Source: Methylotenera sp. G11
GTDB lineage: Bacteria; Pseudomonadota; Gammaproteobacteria; Burkholderiales; Methylophilaceae
Direction of reading: 5' to 3'
Assembly: GCF_000799735.1 (NCBI RefSeq)
Contig: NZ_JUHH01000001.1
Coordinates: 2,333,387-2,357,386 of the forward strand
Length of the DNA: 24,000 nt
In this document: positions 1 to 8,086 of the stretch, piece by piece
Layout of the letters: each line of letters starts with the position of its first letter
Position numbering within the stretch: the stretch's first letter is position 1
The notes under the pieces: generated by a model
What the model was told of the DNA's origin: nothing
What the model saw: the letters and a program-made list of their open reading frames with translations, nothing else
Databases searched by the model: none
Made by a program: the position numbers and the translations under genes

Positions 1-61
1 ATAAGGTGTTGTCTCACTTATCAGGTTATTCAGGAAATCTTCATAAACCAAGGAGCTTGAG

Positions 62-1015
62 ATGAAGCGTGTTCAGGCGGCATTGGCCGCGGTAATGTTT
101 CTGCTTTTGCAATCGGCCTATGCCGGTGAGTTTGACGATCACTGCGCAGCCGGACTTGCGGGTGGCATGTTAATTAAAACCAAATGTGAAATTAATACGG
201 TGCTTGCGGGTAAGACTTATTGTTTTGCAAGTGAGGAATCCAGGCAGGCGTTTTTAGGGCACCCGGACGAGATGATGAAACAGGCGGCTGAGTTTTATGC
301 TAAAAACCCAGAACCAGTGCGTGAAAAGATCAGCCAGGCCGACGCTTTGATGCAAATCAGGAGCCAGGCCTGCGACTTATCCAATAAGGATGCCGGTTAC
401 CTGGAGTTCGATGGCATGGACCTGCGTCACTGCAATATGGTGAATACCAGTTTCTTTGGCGCATACTTACGCGGTGCAAATTTAAGTGGCGCTAATCTGG
501 AGCGCGCCTATCTGAATCTTGCCCGTCTGGAGAATGCCGATTTAAGCCATGCCAATCTTAAAGATGCGATCATATTCCAGGCGATCTTCGATAAAACCAA
601 CTTCAAAGGTGCAAACCTGAGCAATGCGCGGGTCATCGGCACGCTAGGCAATGTCGATATGAGCGAAGCCAATATCGTAAAAGGCCGCTTCGGACTGGAT
701 ATCGGTAATCAGCCGATGGGGGCGATGCGATTTGATGCGGTCGGCGGAAATTTCTCGAATACTAATTTTGAAGGTGCCGATATCAATCGTAACAATGTAC
801 GTTTCGGTAATTTCCGCAATGCCAATCTGCGCAATACCAATTTGTTCCGGGCGGATTTCAGCAAGGCTGATCTTACCGGAGCCGATATCACCGGGGCGGA
901 TTTAAATGAAGCCGTGCTTGATGGCACCATCATGACCGGGGTAAAAGGCATTGAAGCCATCAAAGGGTATGACCGCAGCAAAGGTGAGTGCGTGGATTGC
1001 AAAGTCGCACCCTGA
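62..1015 (+). CDS. Secreted pentapeptide-repeat protein with an N-terminal YHS-like module
   Basis: The ATG at 62 is preceded by AAGGAG (51-56). The N-terminus is signal-like (MKRVQAALAAVMFLLLQSAYA). Residues ~120-300 are tandem pentapeptide repeats (ANLSGANLERAYLNLARLENADLSHANLKDA...). GKTYCFASEESRQAF resembles YHS/TRASH-type modules, and the C-terminus carries CVDC. Confidence 0.8.
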   Translation: MKRVQAALAAVMFLLLQSAYAGEFDDHCAAGLAGGMLIKTKCEINTVLAGKTYCFASEESRQAFLGHPDEMMKQAAEFYAKNPEPVREKISQADALMQIRSQACDLSNKDAGYLEFDGMDLRHCNMVNTSFFGAYLRGANLSGANLERAYLNLARLENADLSHANLKDAIIFQAIFDKTNFKGANLSNARVIGTLGNVDMSEANIVKGRFGLDIGNQPMGAMRFDAVGGNFSNTNFEGADINRNNVRFGNFRNANLRNTNLFRADFSKADLTGADITGADLNEAVLDGTIMTGVKGIEAIKGYDRSKGECVDCKVAP

Positions 1016-1036
1016 GGAGGAGTCTTTGTGCTGGAA

Positions 1037-2347
1037 TCACGCGTTCTTGATAGGGATGCTTAACCTGGCTTCCAGACCGCCTTCCGGACGGTTAAGCAGT
1101 TCAAGCGTGCCTTGGTGCAGCTTTGCGATGCGCTCCGCAATGGCGAGCCCCAGACCGCTGCCGCCTACATTGCTGCGTGCTTTGTCGAGGCGTTCGAACG
1201 GGCGTAAAAGCTTTTTCAGGTGCGTTTCCGGGATGCCGGGGCCGTTGTCAAATACGCTGATAATGATGTTATCGGCCTGAATCTCACTTGCGACACGTAC
1301 CTGACCGCCGCCATAGGCGTAGGCATTGCCTACCAGGTTATCCAGCAGGCGCTGCATTGCCAGCGGTTTGATAGGTACGGCGTACGTGGGCGAGAGTTGT
1401 ATCACTAAATCACGTCCCGCCCTGGCCTGGCGGTCATGCAGCGCTTGCAGCAGGGTGTTGATGTCGACCATCTGCGTGTGCTCGCCTTCAGCACCGCGAA
1501 CAAAGTCCAGGAATTGATTGATGATGTTATCCATATCGGAAATGTCTTCAATCATGCCATGCTTGAGGTAGCTGCATTGCTGGTCCGGCAGCATTTCTAC
1601 AGCCAGGCGCAGCCGTGCCAGGGGGGTGCGGATGTCATGCGACACCCCTGCCAGTATCAGGGTTCTTTCGGCATCAAGTTCTGCCAGTGAATCCGCCATT
1701 TTGTTGAAAGTGCTGCTTACGGCGCGCAGCTCCGTCACGCTGTCTTCTGGCAGTTTCTCCGGCTGTTCACCGTTACGCAGCCGATTGGCTGCCTTTACCA
1801 GCAAGTTCAGTGGCCTGTTGATGCGGGCGGCGAGCAAGTAACCGCCGGCGAGCGACAGGCCCAGTACCAATGCACCCCAGCCCAGCCACTGCCAGGGGAA
1901 GGGGCGTTCTACATGGATGCGTGGAATGACCACCCAGAAGTCATCCTGGCCGATACCGAAGCTGACCCAGAGTCCTTCAATGCCGTAGTGTTTCACGGTA
2001 ATAATCGTTTCTGCACCCAGACGCTCACGGATTTTTTCCGCCACCAGTTTAATGAACGGGTCATCCGGCAGCGGCTCGATTTCTTCCATAAAGTCTGCGT
2101 AGTAAATACGCACGCCTTCTTTGCCGGTAAGCTCTGACAGCAAGGCAAGCCGCAGGTTTTCCTGTGAGGCGATGAGCGAGGCGCGGGTGTAGTTGACCAC
2201 CGTCACCGCCTGCAAGGCGGTTGCTTCGGCACGCGGTTCGCGTTCGAAGTATTCAAAAATCTTTAGCGACGCGAATTGTCCTACCGCCAGTAAAACGGCG
2301 ATAAGCAGCATGATTCTAGCAAGCAGTGTTTTTGGTAAAAGTCGCAA
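1037..2347 (-). CDS. envZ: EnvZ-type osmosensor histidine kinase
   Basis: Motifs seen: H-box GVSHDIRTPLARLR, N-box LLDNLVGNAYAY, G1 DNGPGI, G2 GGSGLGLAI. There are two hydrophobic segments, and a HAMP-like linker follows INRPLNLL. It lies directly downstream of ompR on the same strand. The start at 2347 is TTG. The next in-frame Met is 12 codons downstream, so the exact start is uncertain. Confidence 0.85.
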   Translation of the reverse strand: MRLLPKTLLARIMLLIAVLLAVGQFASLKIFEYFEREPRAEATALQAVTVVNYTRASLIASQENLRLALLSELTGKEGVRIYYADFMEEIEPLPDDPFIKLVAEKIRERLGAETIITVKHYGIEGLWVSFGIGQDDFWVVIPRIHVERPFPWQWLGWGALVLGLSLAGGYLLAARINRPLNLLVKAANRLRNGEQPEKLPEDSVTELRAVSSTFNKMADSLAELDAERTLILAGVSHDIRTPLARLRLAVEMLPDQQCSYLKHGMIEDISDMDNIINQFLDFVRGAEGEHTQMVDINTLLQALHDRQARAGRDLVIQLSPTYAVPIKPLAMQRLLDNLVGNAYAYGGGQVRVASEIQADNIIISVFDNGPGIPETHLKKLLRPFERLDKARSNVGGSGLGLAIAERIAKLHQGTLELLNRPEGGLEARLSIPIKNA

Positions 2348-2441
2348 GGTTAACCTGAAGAAAACGTTGGTTACAGGCGGCGCATGACATGTGAATTAAA
2401 GAATATCCAATTCAGGAAAACCGGGTGCCAGCGCCTGATAT

Positions 2442-3164
2442 TCAGTCTACCTCGCCATCAGGGATGAAGACGTAACCAAAGCCCCACATGGTCTGCAGGT
2501 AGCGCGGATGCGCCGGGTCGGTTTCGATCAGCTTGCGCAGGCGCGATACCTGCACATCTATACTGCGGTCGAATACATCCAGTTCGCGTCCGCGCGCCAG
2601 TTGCATGAGCCTGTCCCTTGAGAGCGGCTGGCGCGGGTGGTCTACAAATACCTTGAGTAAAGCGAATTCGCCGCTGGTAATGGCAATGTTGTTGCCATTC
2701 TGGGTCAGTGAGCGGGTGGATGCGTTAAAGACAAAATCACCGATGGTGATATTTTCTGTATTGCTGGCCGGCGCGCTCGGTACGATGCGCTCATGCCGGC
2801 GCAGCACTGCATTGATGCGCGCCAGCAGTTCCCTCGGATTGAAAGGTTTGGGCAAGTAGTCATCCGCACCCATTTCCAGCCCGATGATTCTATCCACTTC
2901 ATCGCCGCGCGCCGTCAGCATCACGATCGGCAGCATTGTGCCGCTGCCTCTTATCCGGCGGCAGATGGACAGGCCATCTTCACCAGGCAGCATCAGGTCT
3001 AAAACAATGAGATCAATAGATTCGTTTGCTAATGCCGTGTCCATTTCTTTTGCGTCGTTTGCCACTTTAACGGTGAAGCCCTGTTCGGTTAAATAGCGTT
3101 GCAATAGTTCGCGTAGGCGCACGTCATCATCTACTACCAAGATTCTTTTGTTCTGGTCGGTCAT
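2442..3164 (-). CDS. ompR: OmpR-family response regulator
   Basis: ATG at 3162-3164. The receiver domain has ILVVDDD, LDLMLPGEDG and a KPF motif. The C-terminal winged-helix has VDVQVSRLRKLIE ... GFGYVF. The overall sequence closely resembles OmpR as I recall it. Confidence 0.9.
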   Translation of the reverse strand: MTDQNKRILVVDDDVRLRELLQRYLTEQGFTVKVANDAKEMDTALANESIDLIVLDLMLPGEDGLSICRRIRGSGTMLPIVMLTARGDEVDRIIGLEMGADDYLPKPFNPRELLARINAVLRRHERIVPSAPASNTENITIGDFVFNASTRSLTQNGNNIAITSGEFALLKVFVDHPRQPLSRDRLMQLARGRELDVFDRSIDVQVSRLRKLIETDPAHPRYLQTMWGFGYVFIPDGEVD

Positions 3165-3466
3165 AATGTGTTGGAACCTTAATTTTTAATAGAATTTTTC
3201 TGCAATTTGTAAGTCCTATACCTTAAATTTTGCAGTAAACGAAGTGTAAGCTAATTGAACCGAATATTAAAGTTTTGTCGGCAAAGTAGCTAGTTCATGG
3301 ATTAAATAAAGGATGCAATAAAACGGCCTGATTTTTACAAATGCTTACAATTTGACTGTTTAGTGAAACATTCAATTTACAATCGTCATTCATGATTACG
3401 ATACTCTTAAACCGGTATGGTTGATGTTGGAAAGTTGATTCTTTGAATTTAATTTTGCAAAATAAT

Positions 3467-4063
3467 ATGTCTATATCTAAAGTCGTCTGTCTGGCTATGT
3501 GCTTAGGTTTAGGGCTGTCGTTCAGCGTCACTGCTGGCGGCAGAAGCAATTTGGCTACTCCGGTGGATAAATCCAAACGCACGGTAGATGAAGATCGCCA
3601 ATCAGAAGATGCCCAGAAAAATGAGGGTTTGCAGCAAACCCTCAACCTCAATTTTAGTCCCGAACATAGAGAAAAACTGCGCAAGGCGCTGGATGATTAT
3701 GCGCGTTCTGTAGACCCCAGCCATGACCAGATTGAAGAGCGCCGCCGTGCCATGCAGGAAAGCATAGAAACCCGTTTCTTTGAAGCGGATATGGATGGTG
3801 ACAGTACGCTCGACAGGCAGGAGGCCACGGAAAAACTGCCTCAGATTGCACGACATTTCAATAGTGTGGATACCAATCAGGATAACCTGATTTCATTAGG
3901 CGAGCTGGTTGAAGCGCAGGCGCGTATCATCGAACGTAGAAAAGCTGCGGATGCGGCGCTTGAGCAGCAGAAGCAGCAGAAACTGATGGAAGCTGAAGCG
4001 GCGTCTGTGGCCAAGCCAAAAAGCAAGCAGGCCAACAATAACTCTAAAAAGAAATCGCTCTAA
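3467..4063 (+). CDS. Secreted EF-hand domain protein
   Basis: The ORF track starts at a TTG (3443). The ATG at 3467 gives a clean signal peptide (MSISKVVCLAMCLGLGLSFSVTA). There are two canonical EF-hand loops, DMDGDSTLDRQE and DTNQDNLISLGE, and a Lys/Gln-rich tail. Confidence 0.7.
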   Translation: MSISKVVCLAMCLGLGLSFSVTAGGRSNLATPVDKSKRTVDEDRQSEDAQKNEGLQQTLNLNFSPEHREKLRKALDDYARSVDPSHDQIEERRRAMQESIETRFFEADMDGDSTLDRQEATEKLPQIARHFNSVDTNQDNLISLGELVEAQARIIERRKAADAALEQQKQQKLMEAEAASVAKPKSKQANNNSKKKSL

Positions 4064-4274
4064 TCCCTCTCGCCCTTCCGCTTCAAACGCAAGCCAAATC
4101 CCGCAGCACTAGCCGCTTTTTCACGTTGATCATTTTTATATCGATGTATCTCGATTTCTTCAAGTAATGCCATCAACAAGTAACGCCATTAATGTTGGCA
4201 GTTGCCCGCAGTAAACTTAGCTGTTAACTTAACTCCTTTGAAGCTTGTCTTTTTGCAAGCGTTTTAAGGTCTGG

Positions 4275-5405
4275 ATGCATTTAACACTGCAAATTACAGA
4301 GAGCATGGCAGCCGTGGATGCTGCCGAATGGGATGCGCTCACCGGTGGCATGCCTTTGCTAAGCCATGCTTTCCTGAGTGCGCTTGAAACTTCAGGCTCG
4401 GTAGGAGGCGAGACTGGCTGGCAACCCAGCCATATGCTGGTGCTGGATGATGGCAAACTGGCAGGCGCCATGCCGCTTTATATTAAAAGCCATTCATACG
4501 GTGAGTATGTATTCGATTGGGCTTGGGCCGAGGCTTATGCGCGTAACGGCCTGCGTTATTACCCTAAACTGTTATCTGCCATTCCGTTTACCCCGATTAC
4601 CAGCCAGAGATTATTGGGCGGCCGGTCGGAAATTCAAGGCCTGATGCTGGCAGCAGTGACGCAGATCATGGATGCACAGCAGCTATCTTCCGCGCATGTG
4701 CTGTTTCCGGACAATGATTCTGCTGATGCACTCAATCAAGCGGGGTGGCTGAAACGCGACGGCGTACAGTTCCGCTGGCAGAATGAGAATTTTCAGGATT
4801 TTGACGCATTTCTGAATGTCCTGAGCCATGACAAACGCAAAAAGATCCGTCAGGAACGTAACAGGATCGCGGCATCAGGCATTGTTTGCAAGCAAGTCAA
4901 AGGTGCGGATATCACGCCTGAGCAATGGGCATTTTTTTATCGGTGTTATAAGAATACTTATTTCGAACACCATTCTTCACCCTATCTGACACCGGCTTTC
5001 TTTGAACAGATCGGCAGGACTATGCCGCAGAATATTCTGCTGATACTGGCTTATGCCGACAATGAGGCGGTGGCCGCGGCGTTGAATATTTACCATCGAA
5101 CAACGCTGTATGGGCGCTATTGGGGTGCATTATCGTATGTGCCGAATCTGCATTTCGAGCTTTGTTACTATCAGGCGCAGGAGTTCTGTATTCGTGAAAA
5201 TATTGCATATTTTGAGGGAGGTGCGCAGGGTGAGCATAAGCTGGCACGCGGTTTTAAACCCAGGCCGACCTGTTCATACCATAAAATTGCGCACCCCCAG
5301 TTTGCACGCGTGATTGCAGACTTCGTGCGTCGTGAATCAGAAGGTGTAGATGCCTACACCGATGAACTGGAGCAGCGTGCGCCATTTAAGGTTAGGCCGG
5401 AATAG
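4275..5405 (+). CDS. FemAB-like / DUF482 (BioF2-like) GNAT-superfamily acyltransferase
   Basis: Family-typical strings are present: AAEWDAL, PLLSHAFLSALETSGSVGGETGWQP, PLYIKSHSYGEYVFDWAWAEAY, YYPKLLSAIPFTPIT, FEGGAQGEHKLARGF. The track start at 4245 is TTG. The ATG at 4275 matches the usual family N-terminus. Confidence 0.7.
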   Translation: MHLTLQITESMAAVDAAEWDALTGGMPLLSHAFLSALETSGSVGGETGWQPSHMLVLDDGKLAGAMPLYIKSHSYGEYVFDWAWAEAYARNGLRYYPKLLSAIPFTPITSQRLLGGRSEIQGLMLAAVTQIMDAQQLSSAHVLFPDNDSADALNQAGWLKRDGVQFRWQNENFQDFDAFLNVLSHDKRKKIRQERNRIAASGIVCKQVKGADITPEQWAFFYRCYKNTYFEHHSSPYLTPAFFEQIGRTMPQNILLILAYADNEAVAAALNIYHRTTLYGRYWGALSYVPNLHFELCYYQAQEFCIRENIAYFEGGAQGEHKLARGFKPRPTCSYHKIAHPQFARVIADFVRRESEGVDAYTDELEQRAPFKVRPE

Positions 5406-5424
5406 GGTGACATGAGATAAAAAA

Positions 5425-5461
5425 AAGAGGGTAGCTGCTCAATTTATGCAACAACCCTCTT
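5425..5461 (-). terminator. Intrinsic terminator for the 5507-5794 gene, lying between convergent genes
   Basis: The stem is AAGAGGGT (5425-5432) paired with ACCCTCTT (5454-5461). On the minus strand the hairpin is followed by a T8 run (plus-strand A run 5419-5426). Confidence 0.6.
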
Positions 5462-5506
5462 GGTCATGCGAACCCTGACCGGTTTGAGCCTGAACTGGCG
5501 ATCTAA

Positions 5507-5794
5507 TTATTTTGCATGGCGCTCACATTTGTCATGCATGGATTTGCGTTCAGCCTCATCTACCTTGCCATCCTTGTTGGCATCCAGCTTAGAGAACATT
5601 TTCTCGGCCTGTTTCTGGTGTTTTGCCATGAACTCCTCTTTGCTGATGACACCATCCTTATTTGCATCAGCATCTTGCCAACTGTGCATTTGCGCCCCGG
5701 CATGGTCGCCGCTCATTTCGTGGTGGTCTGCATAGGCAGTCTGTACCAGACCTAGTAGTAATGAAGATATAGCGAGGATTGGTAGTGTTTTCAT
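5507..5794 (-). CDS. Small secreted EF-hand protein with a His-rich N-terminus
   Basis: ATG at 5792-5794 with AAGGA upstream. Signal peptide MKTLPILAISSLLLGLVQTAYA. Two EF loops, DANKDGVISKEE and DANKDGKVDEAE. The mature N-terminus is DHHEMSGDHAGAQMH. Confidence 0.75.
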   Translation of the reverse strand: MKTLPILAISSLLLGLVQTAYADHHEMSGDHAGAQMHSWQDADANKDGVISKEEFMAKHQKQAEKMFSKLDANKDGKVDEAERKSMHDKCERHAK

Positions 5795-6244
5795 TATGGG
5801 TCCTTTAGTGAATGATTGTTAATGAGTCGTGAGCAGGCAGGTCATGCCACTATATAAAACCAATGTAACTATGATTGCCAAAGCAACACCTAAGTTCAGC
5901 TAAGGTAGCTGCCTACGTGTTTTGAAATGTAAATAATTTGTAAAATCTGCTGAAAACACTTGCAATGCGTGAAAGGCAGGTAAATAAAGGCCTCTGGTTA
6001 TGCACATCATTAAAAATTAATTGGCGGGAAAGCAAAAAAATCCTTACCAATCAACATCTGTTTTGTAACCAATTGATTTTAAACGATTAATTTATAGGTT
6101 TAAATTTTGTGCGATTATAAGAAATCGTTATAAATCTGTTAGTTACGGATTTATTACACAAGTAATCACAAAGTTATCCACAGTTTTTGTGGAGAAACAT
6201 TGATGCACAGCCTTGCCTGAAAATTCTGCAATAAAGCTGGGGAT

Positions 6245-6586
6245 TTACTTTTTGCGGGCGACCGTGTCGGCAACCGGGTAGTGATAGTAAAGCGTGTTCA
6301 GGTGCCTGGCGACATTCTCAATATCGTTGTGATCCCATTTAAGGTTGGCAATGTTTTGCCATAGATTTACTTGGGCTACCAGGCTGGGCCAATCGGCAGC
6401 TTTTTTATTGGCAAGCCAGTGCGGCTGTTCATTATGGCAGGATATGCAGTGCAGGGAGTAGAGTAGTTTCCCGCGAGAAATGTCGTTGCCTGCTGATCCG
6501 TCGGCAAGGGCTGGGCTGGTTAGCGATAGCAGGAATAAGGCAAGTGCAGGTGAGCGGATGACTGATTTTACAGGATGAAGATTCAT
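6245..6586 (-). CDS. Small periplasmic c-type cytochrome
   Basis: ATG at 6584-6586. Signal peptide ...LFLLSLTSPALA. There is a single CXXCH haem-binding motif (CISCH). Confidence 0.75.
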   Translation of the reverse strand: MNLHPVKSVIRSPALALFLLSLTSPALADGSAGNDISRGKLLYSLHCISCHNEQPHWLANKKAADWPSLVAQVNLWQNIANLKWDHNDIENVARHLNTLYYHYPVADTVARKK

Positions 6587-6740
6587 GGTCTTTTTCTCTG
6601 AGCAAGCGTGTCAATAAGATTGGTATTGAATATCCGCCTTTAAGCCTGATCGGTCAATATGCGTATGCACTTATTGCGGCCATGAAGGAGTTTTAATGAT
6701 ATTTCTGGGGTGTGGCGGCGTGGGCGTGATTGCCGGGCAA

Positions 6741-6768
6741 AAAAATAGCGCTTCTGCAAGGAAGCGCT
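6741..6768 (-). terminator. Intrinsic terminator closing the P450-ACP-acyltransferase operon
   Basis: The stem is AGCGCTTC (6747-6754) paired with GAAGCGCT (6761-6768), with a 6-nt loop. On the minus strand it is followed by ATTTTTTTG (plus-strand A run 6739-6745). Confidence 0.65.
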
Positions 6769-7056
6769 TATAAAATTGGAGAAAATATATTGCATATCAA
6801 TATATGCGCTCATATTAATCAGTAATAATTAATGAATTATTTCATATGGTTAATTAATTGTTTCATCTGTGGGTGAATACGTAATTTTATGTGTGCGGTT
6901 GATGCCGGCATAGGTTTTTCTGGGAGATTTTGTTGATTGTGCCATGAACCTGCGGCTGCGTGGGACGAAAAAGCACGCAGCCCCAGAGTTGCCGGCTCAG
7001 CCACAAGGATGGCGTTATTACTGGTGAATTTCAGGCTAGACAGGGCTGGTGCCTGC

Positions 7057-7878
7057 TTATTCAAAAATGTACCGTTTGGCGGATAAGTCTTTTTTAAAAG
7101 CTGCAGAAGCGTTAATGAAGCTTATAAAATTATCCACGCAATCCTCAGCCGAAGATGCATCCGAACGTTCGGATATTTCCAGGCAGATGCTGCCATCTGC
7201 CAGCATTTTGTATTTGCAGAAATACAAAGGCAGTTTGAAGCGATGCGCAAATTCAAATAGTGCTGGACTGATATAGCGGCATTTGCCGTTTTCATCCGGA
7301 AAGTCTACATCGCAGCATATAACGCCGGGGTTGTGAATCACCTTGCTTAGCTTTGCCAGGCAGTACGCATCGCTGTTAATGATATTTACAGCAGACTTTA
7401 CGCCTGACCTGACGAATTTTCCGCTGGCGATTTGTTCGGGGACGTATGCAATAGTGGTGACATTGCATCCCAGATCCGAGAGCACCCTGGTCGTCAGCGC
7501 AAACTCATTATGCACGGTAAGCAATATGATCACTTCATTGGTGGAAGTGATGTTGATCAACTGCTTGTGGTCAAAAACCACATCCGGCACATAAGCAATC
7601 CTGAATTTTCTTAACCTTCTGGTGATGCAGCCCAGGAGTAGCTCGGGCTTGCTTAGCTGGTAATGATTTTCAAGCCGTGCCAGTAAAAAGTTGACGACAG
7701 GATGGTTCGACAATGCCTCCCAGTTTTTCCTGAAATAGAACTGGGAGCCCTGGTTCTTATTTAGCCTAAGGCAAATAAACAGGTGACTATCGATAATGAC
7801 TTTTAACAGCAGCGTTGATAGTTTGTGCTGTTTTTTCTTAAACCGGGCCAGCATTTCTGATTCTGGCCATTTCTGCAT
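7057..7878 (-). CDS. Hypothetical protein, distantly LpxL/HtrB-like (acyl-ACP-dependent acyltransferase fold?)
   Basis: By eye it aligns to the two core blocks of lipid A late acyltransferases. ILLTVHNEFALTTRVLSDLGCNVTTIAYVP lines up with the VGVHFMSLELGGRV...ATYRP block. GVICCDVDFPDENGKCRYISPALFEFAHRFKLPLYF lines up with the ...APDQD...G..FAPFF block. The canonical HX4(D/E) acid is not in register (HNEFAL). The gene overlaps the ACP gene by 41 nt, or 17 nt if Met9 is the start. Confidence 0.35.
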   Translation of the reverse strand: MQKWPESEMLARFKKKQHKLSTLLLKVIIDSHLFICLRLNKNQGSQFYFRKNWEALSNHPVVNFLLARLENHYQLSKPELLLGCITRRLRKFRIAYVPDVVFDHKQLINITSTNEVIILLTVHNEFALTTRVLSDLGCNVTTIAYVPEQIASGKFVRSGVKSAVNIINSDAYCLAKLSKVIHNPGVICCDVDFPDENGKCRYISPALFEFAHRFKLPLYFCKYKMLADGSICLEISERSDASSAEDCVDNFISFINASAAFKKDLSAKRYIFE

Positions 7879-8086
7879 CTACCGAGGATACATCTTCACA
7901 GAGCATGAAATTTTCGATAGCAATATCAACGCCCAGGTCATTATTGATTTTCATCAGCAGGTCAAGCACGTCAAGGCTGTCCAGCCTTAAATCGCGGATT
8001 TTAGTGTCTAGCGATATTTGAATGTTGCTCTTGTTGTTTGATATTTCAGCGAATATCTCGCATAGTTTTTTTTGATGTTCAGTCAT
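7838..8086 (-). CDS. Acyl carrier protein
   Basis: It is 82 aa and acidic, with the phosphopantetheine attachment motif LRLDSLDVLDLL (DSL) at the usual position. Its ATG overlaps the P450 stop codon (ATGACTGA). Confidence 0.75.
   Translation of the reverse strand: MTEHQKKLCEIFAEISNNKSNIQISLDTKIRDLRLDSLDVLDLLMKINNDLGVDIAIENFMLCEDVSSVDAEMARIRNAGPV

Noticed and set aside
3295-3684. 129-aa minus-strand ORF spanning the ompR upstream region and the start of the EF-hand gene
   Set aside because: It is antisense to a well-supported secreted EF-hand gene, it runs through AT-rich promoter DNA, and its translation is low-complexity with no motifs.
6174-6196. Perfect DnaA-box 9-mer TTATCCACA facing a near-box (TTCTCCACA on the other strand) 5 nt away, in a 450-bp AT-rich intergenic region
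   Set aside because: A single perfect 9-mer is not very unlikely by chance in 48 kb of two-strand sequence. There is no cluster of boxes, no 13-mer AT-rich DUE repeats, and no dnaA/dnaN/gidA context. The two halves also form a simple 6-bp hairpin about 50 nt downstream of the cytochrome c stop, which could be a weak terminator.
7049-7276. 75-aa plus-strand ORF (GTG start)
   Set aside because: It is entirely antisense to the 273-aa gene of the coupled P450 operon, with no SD and no motifs.
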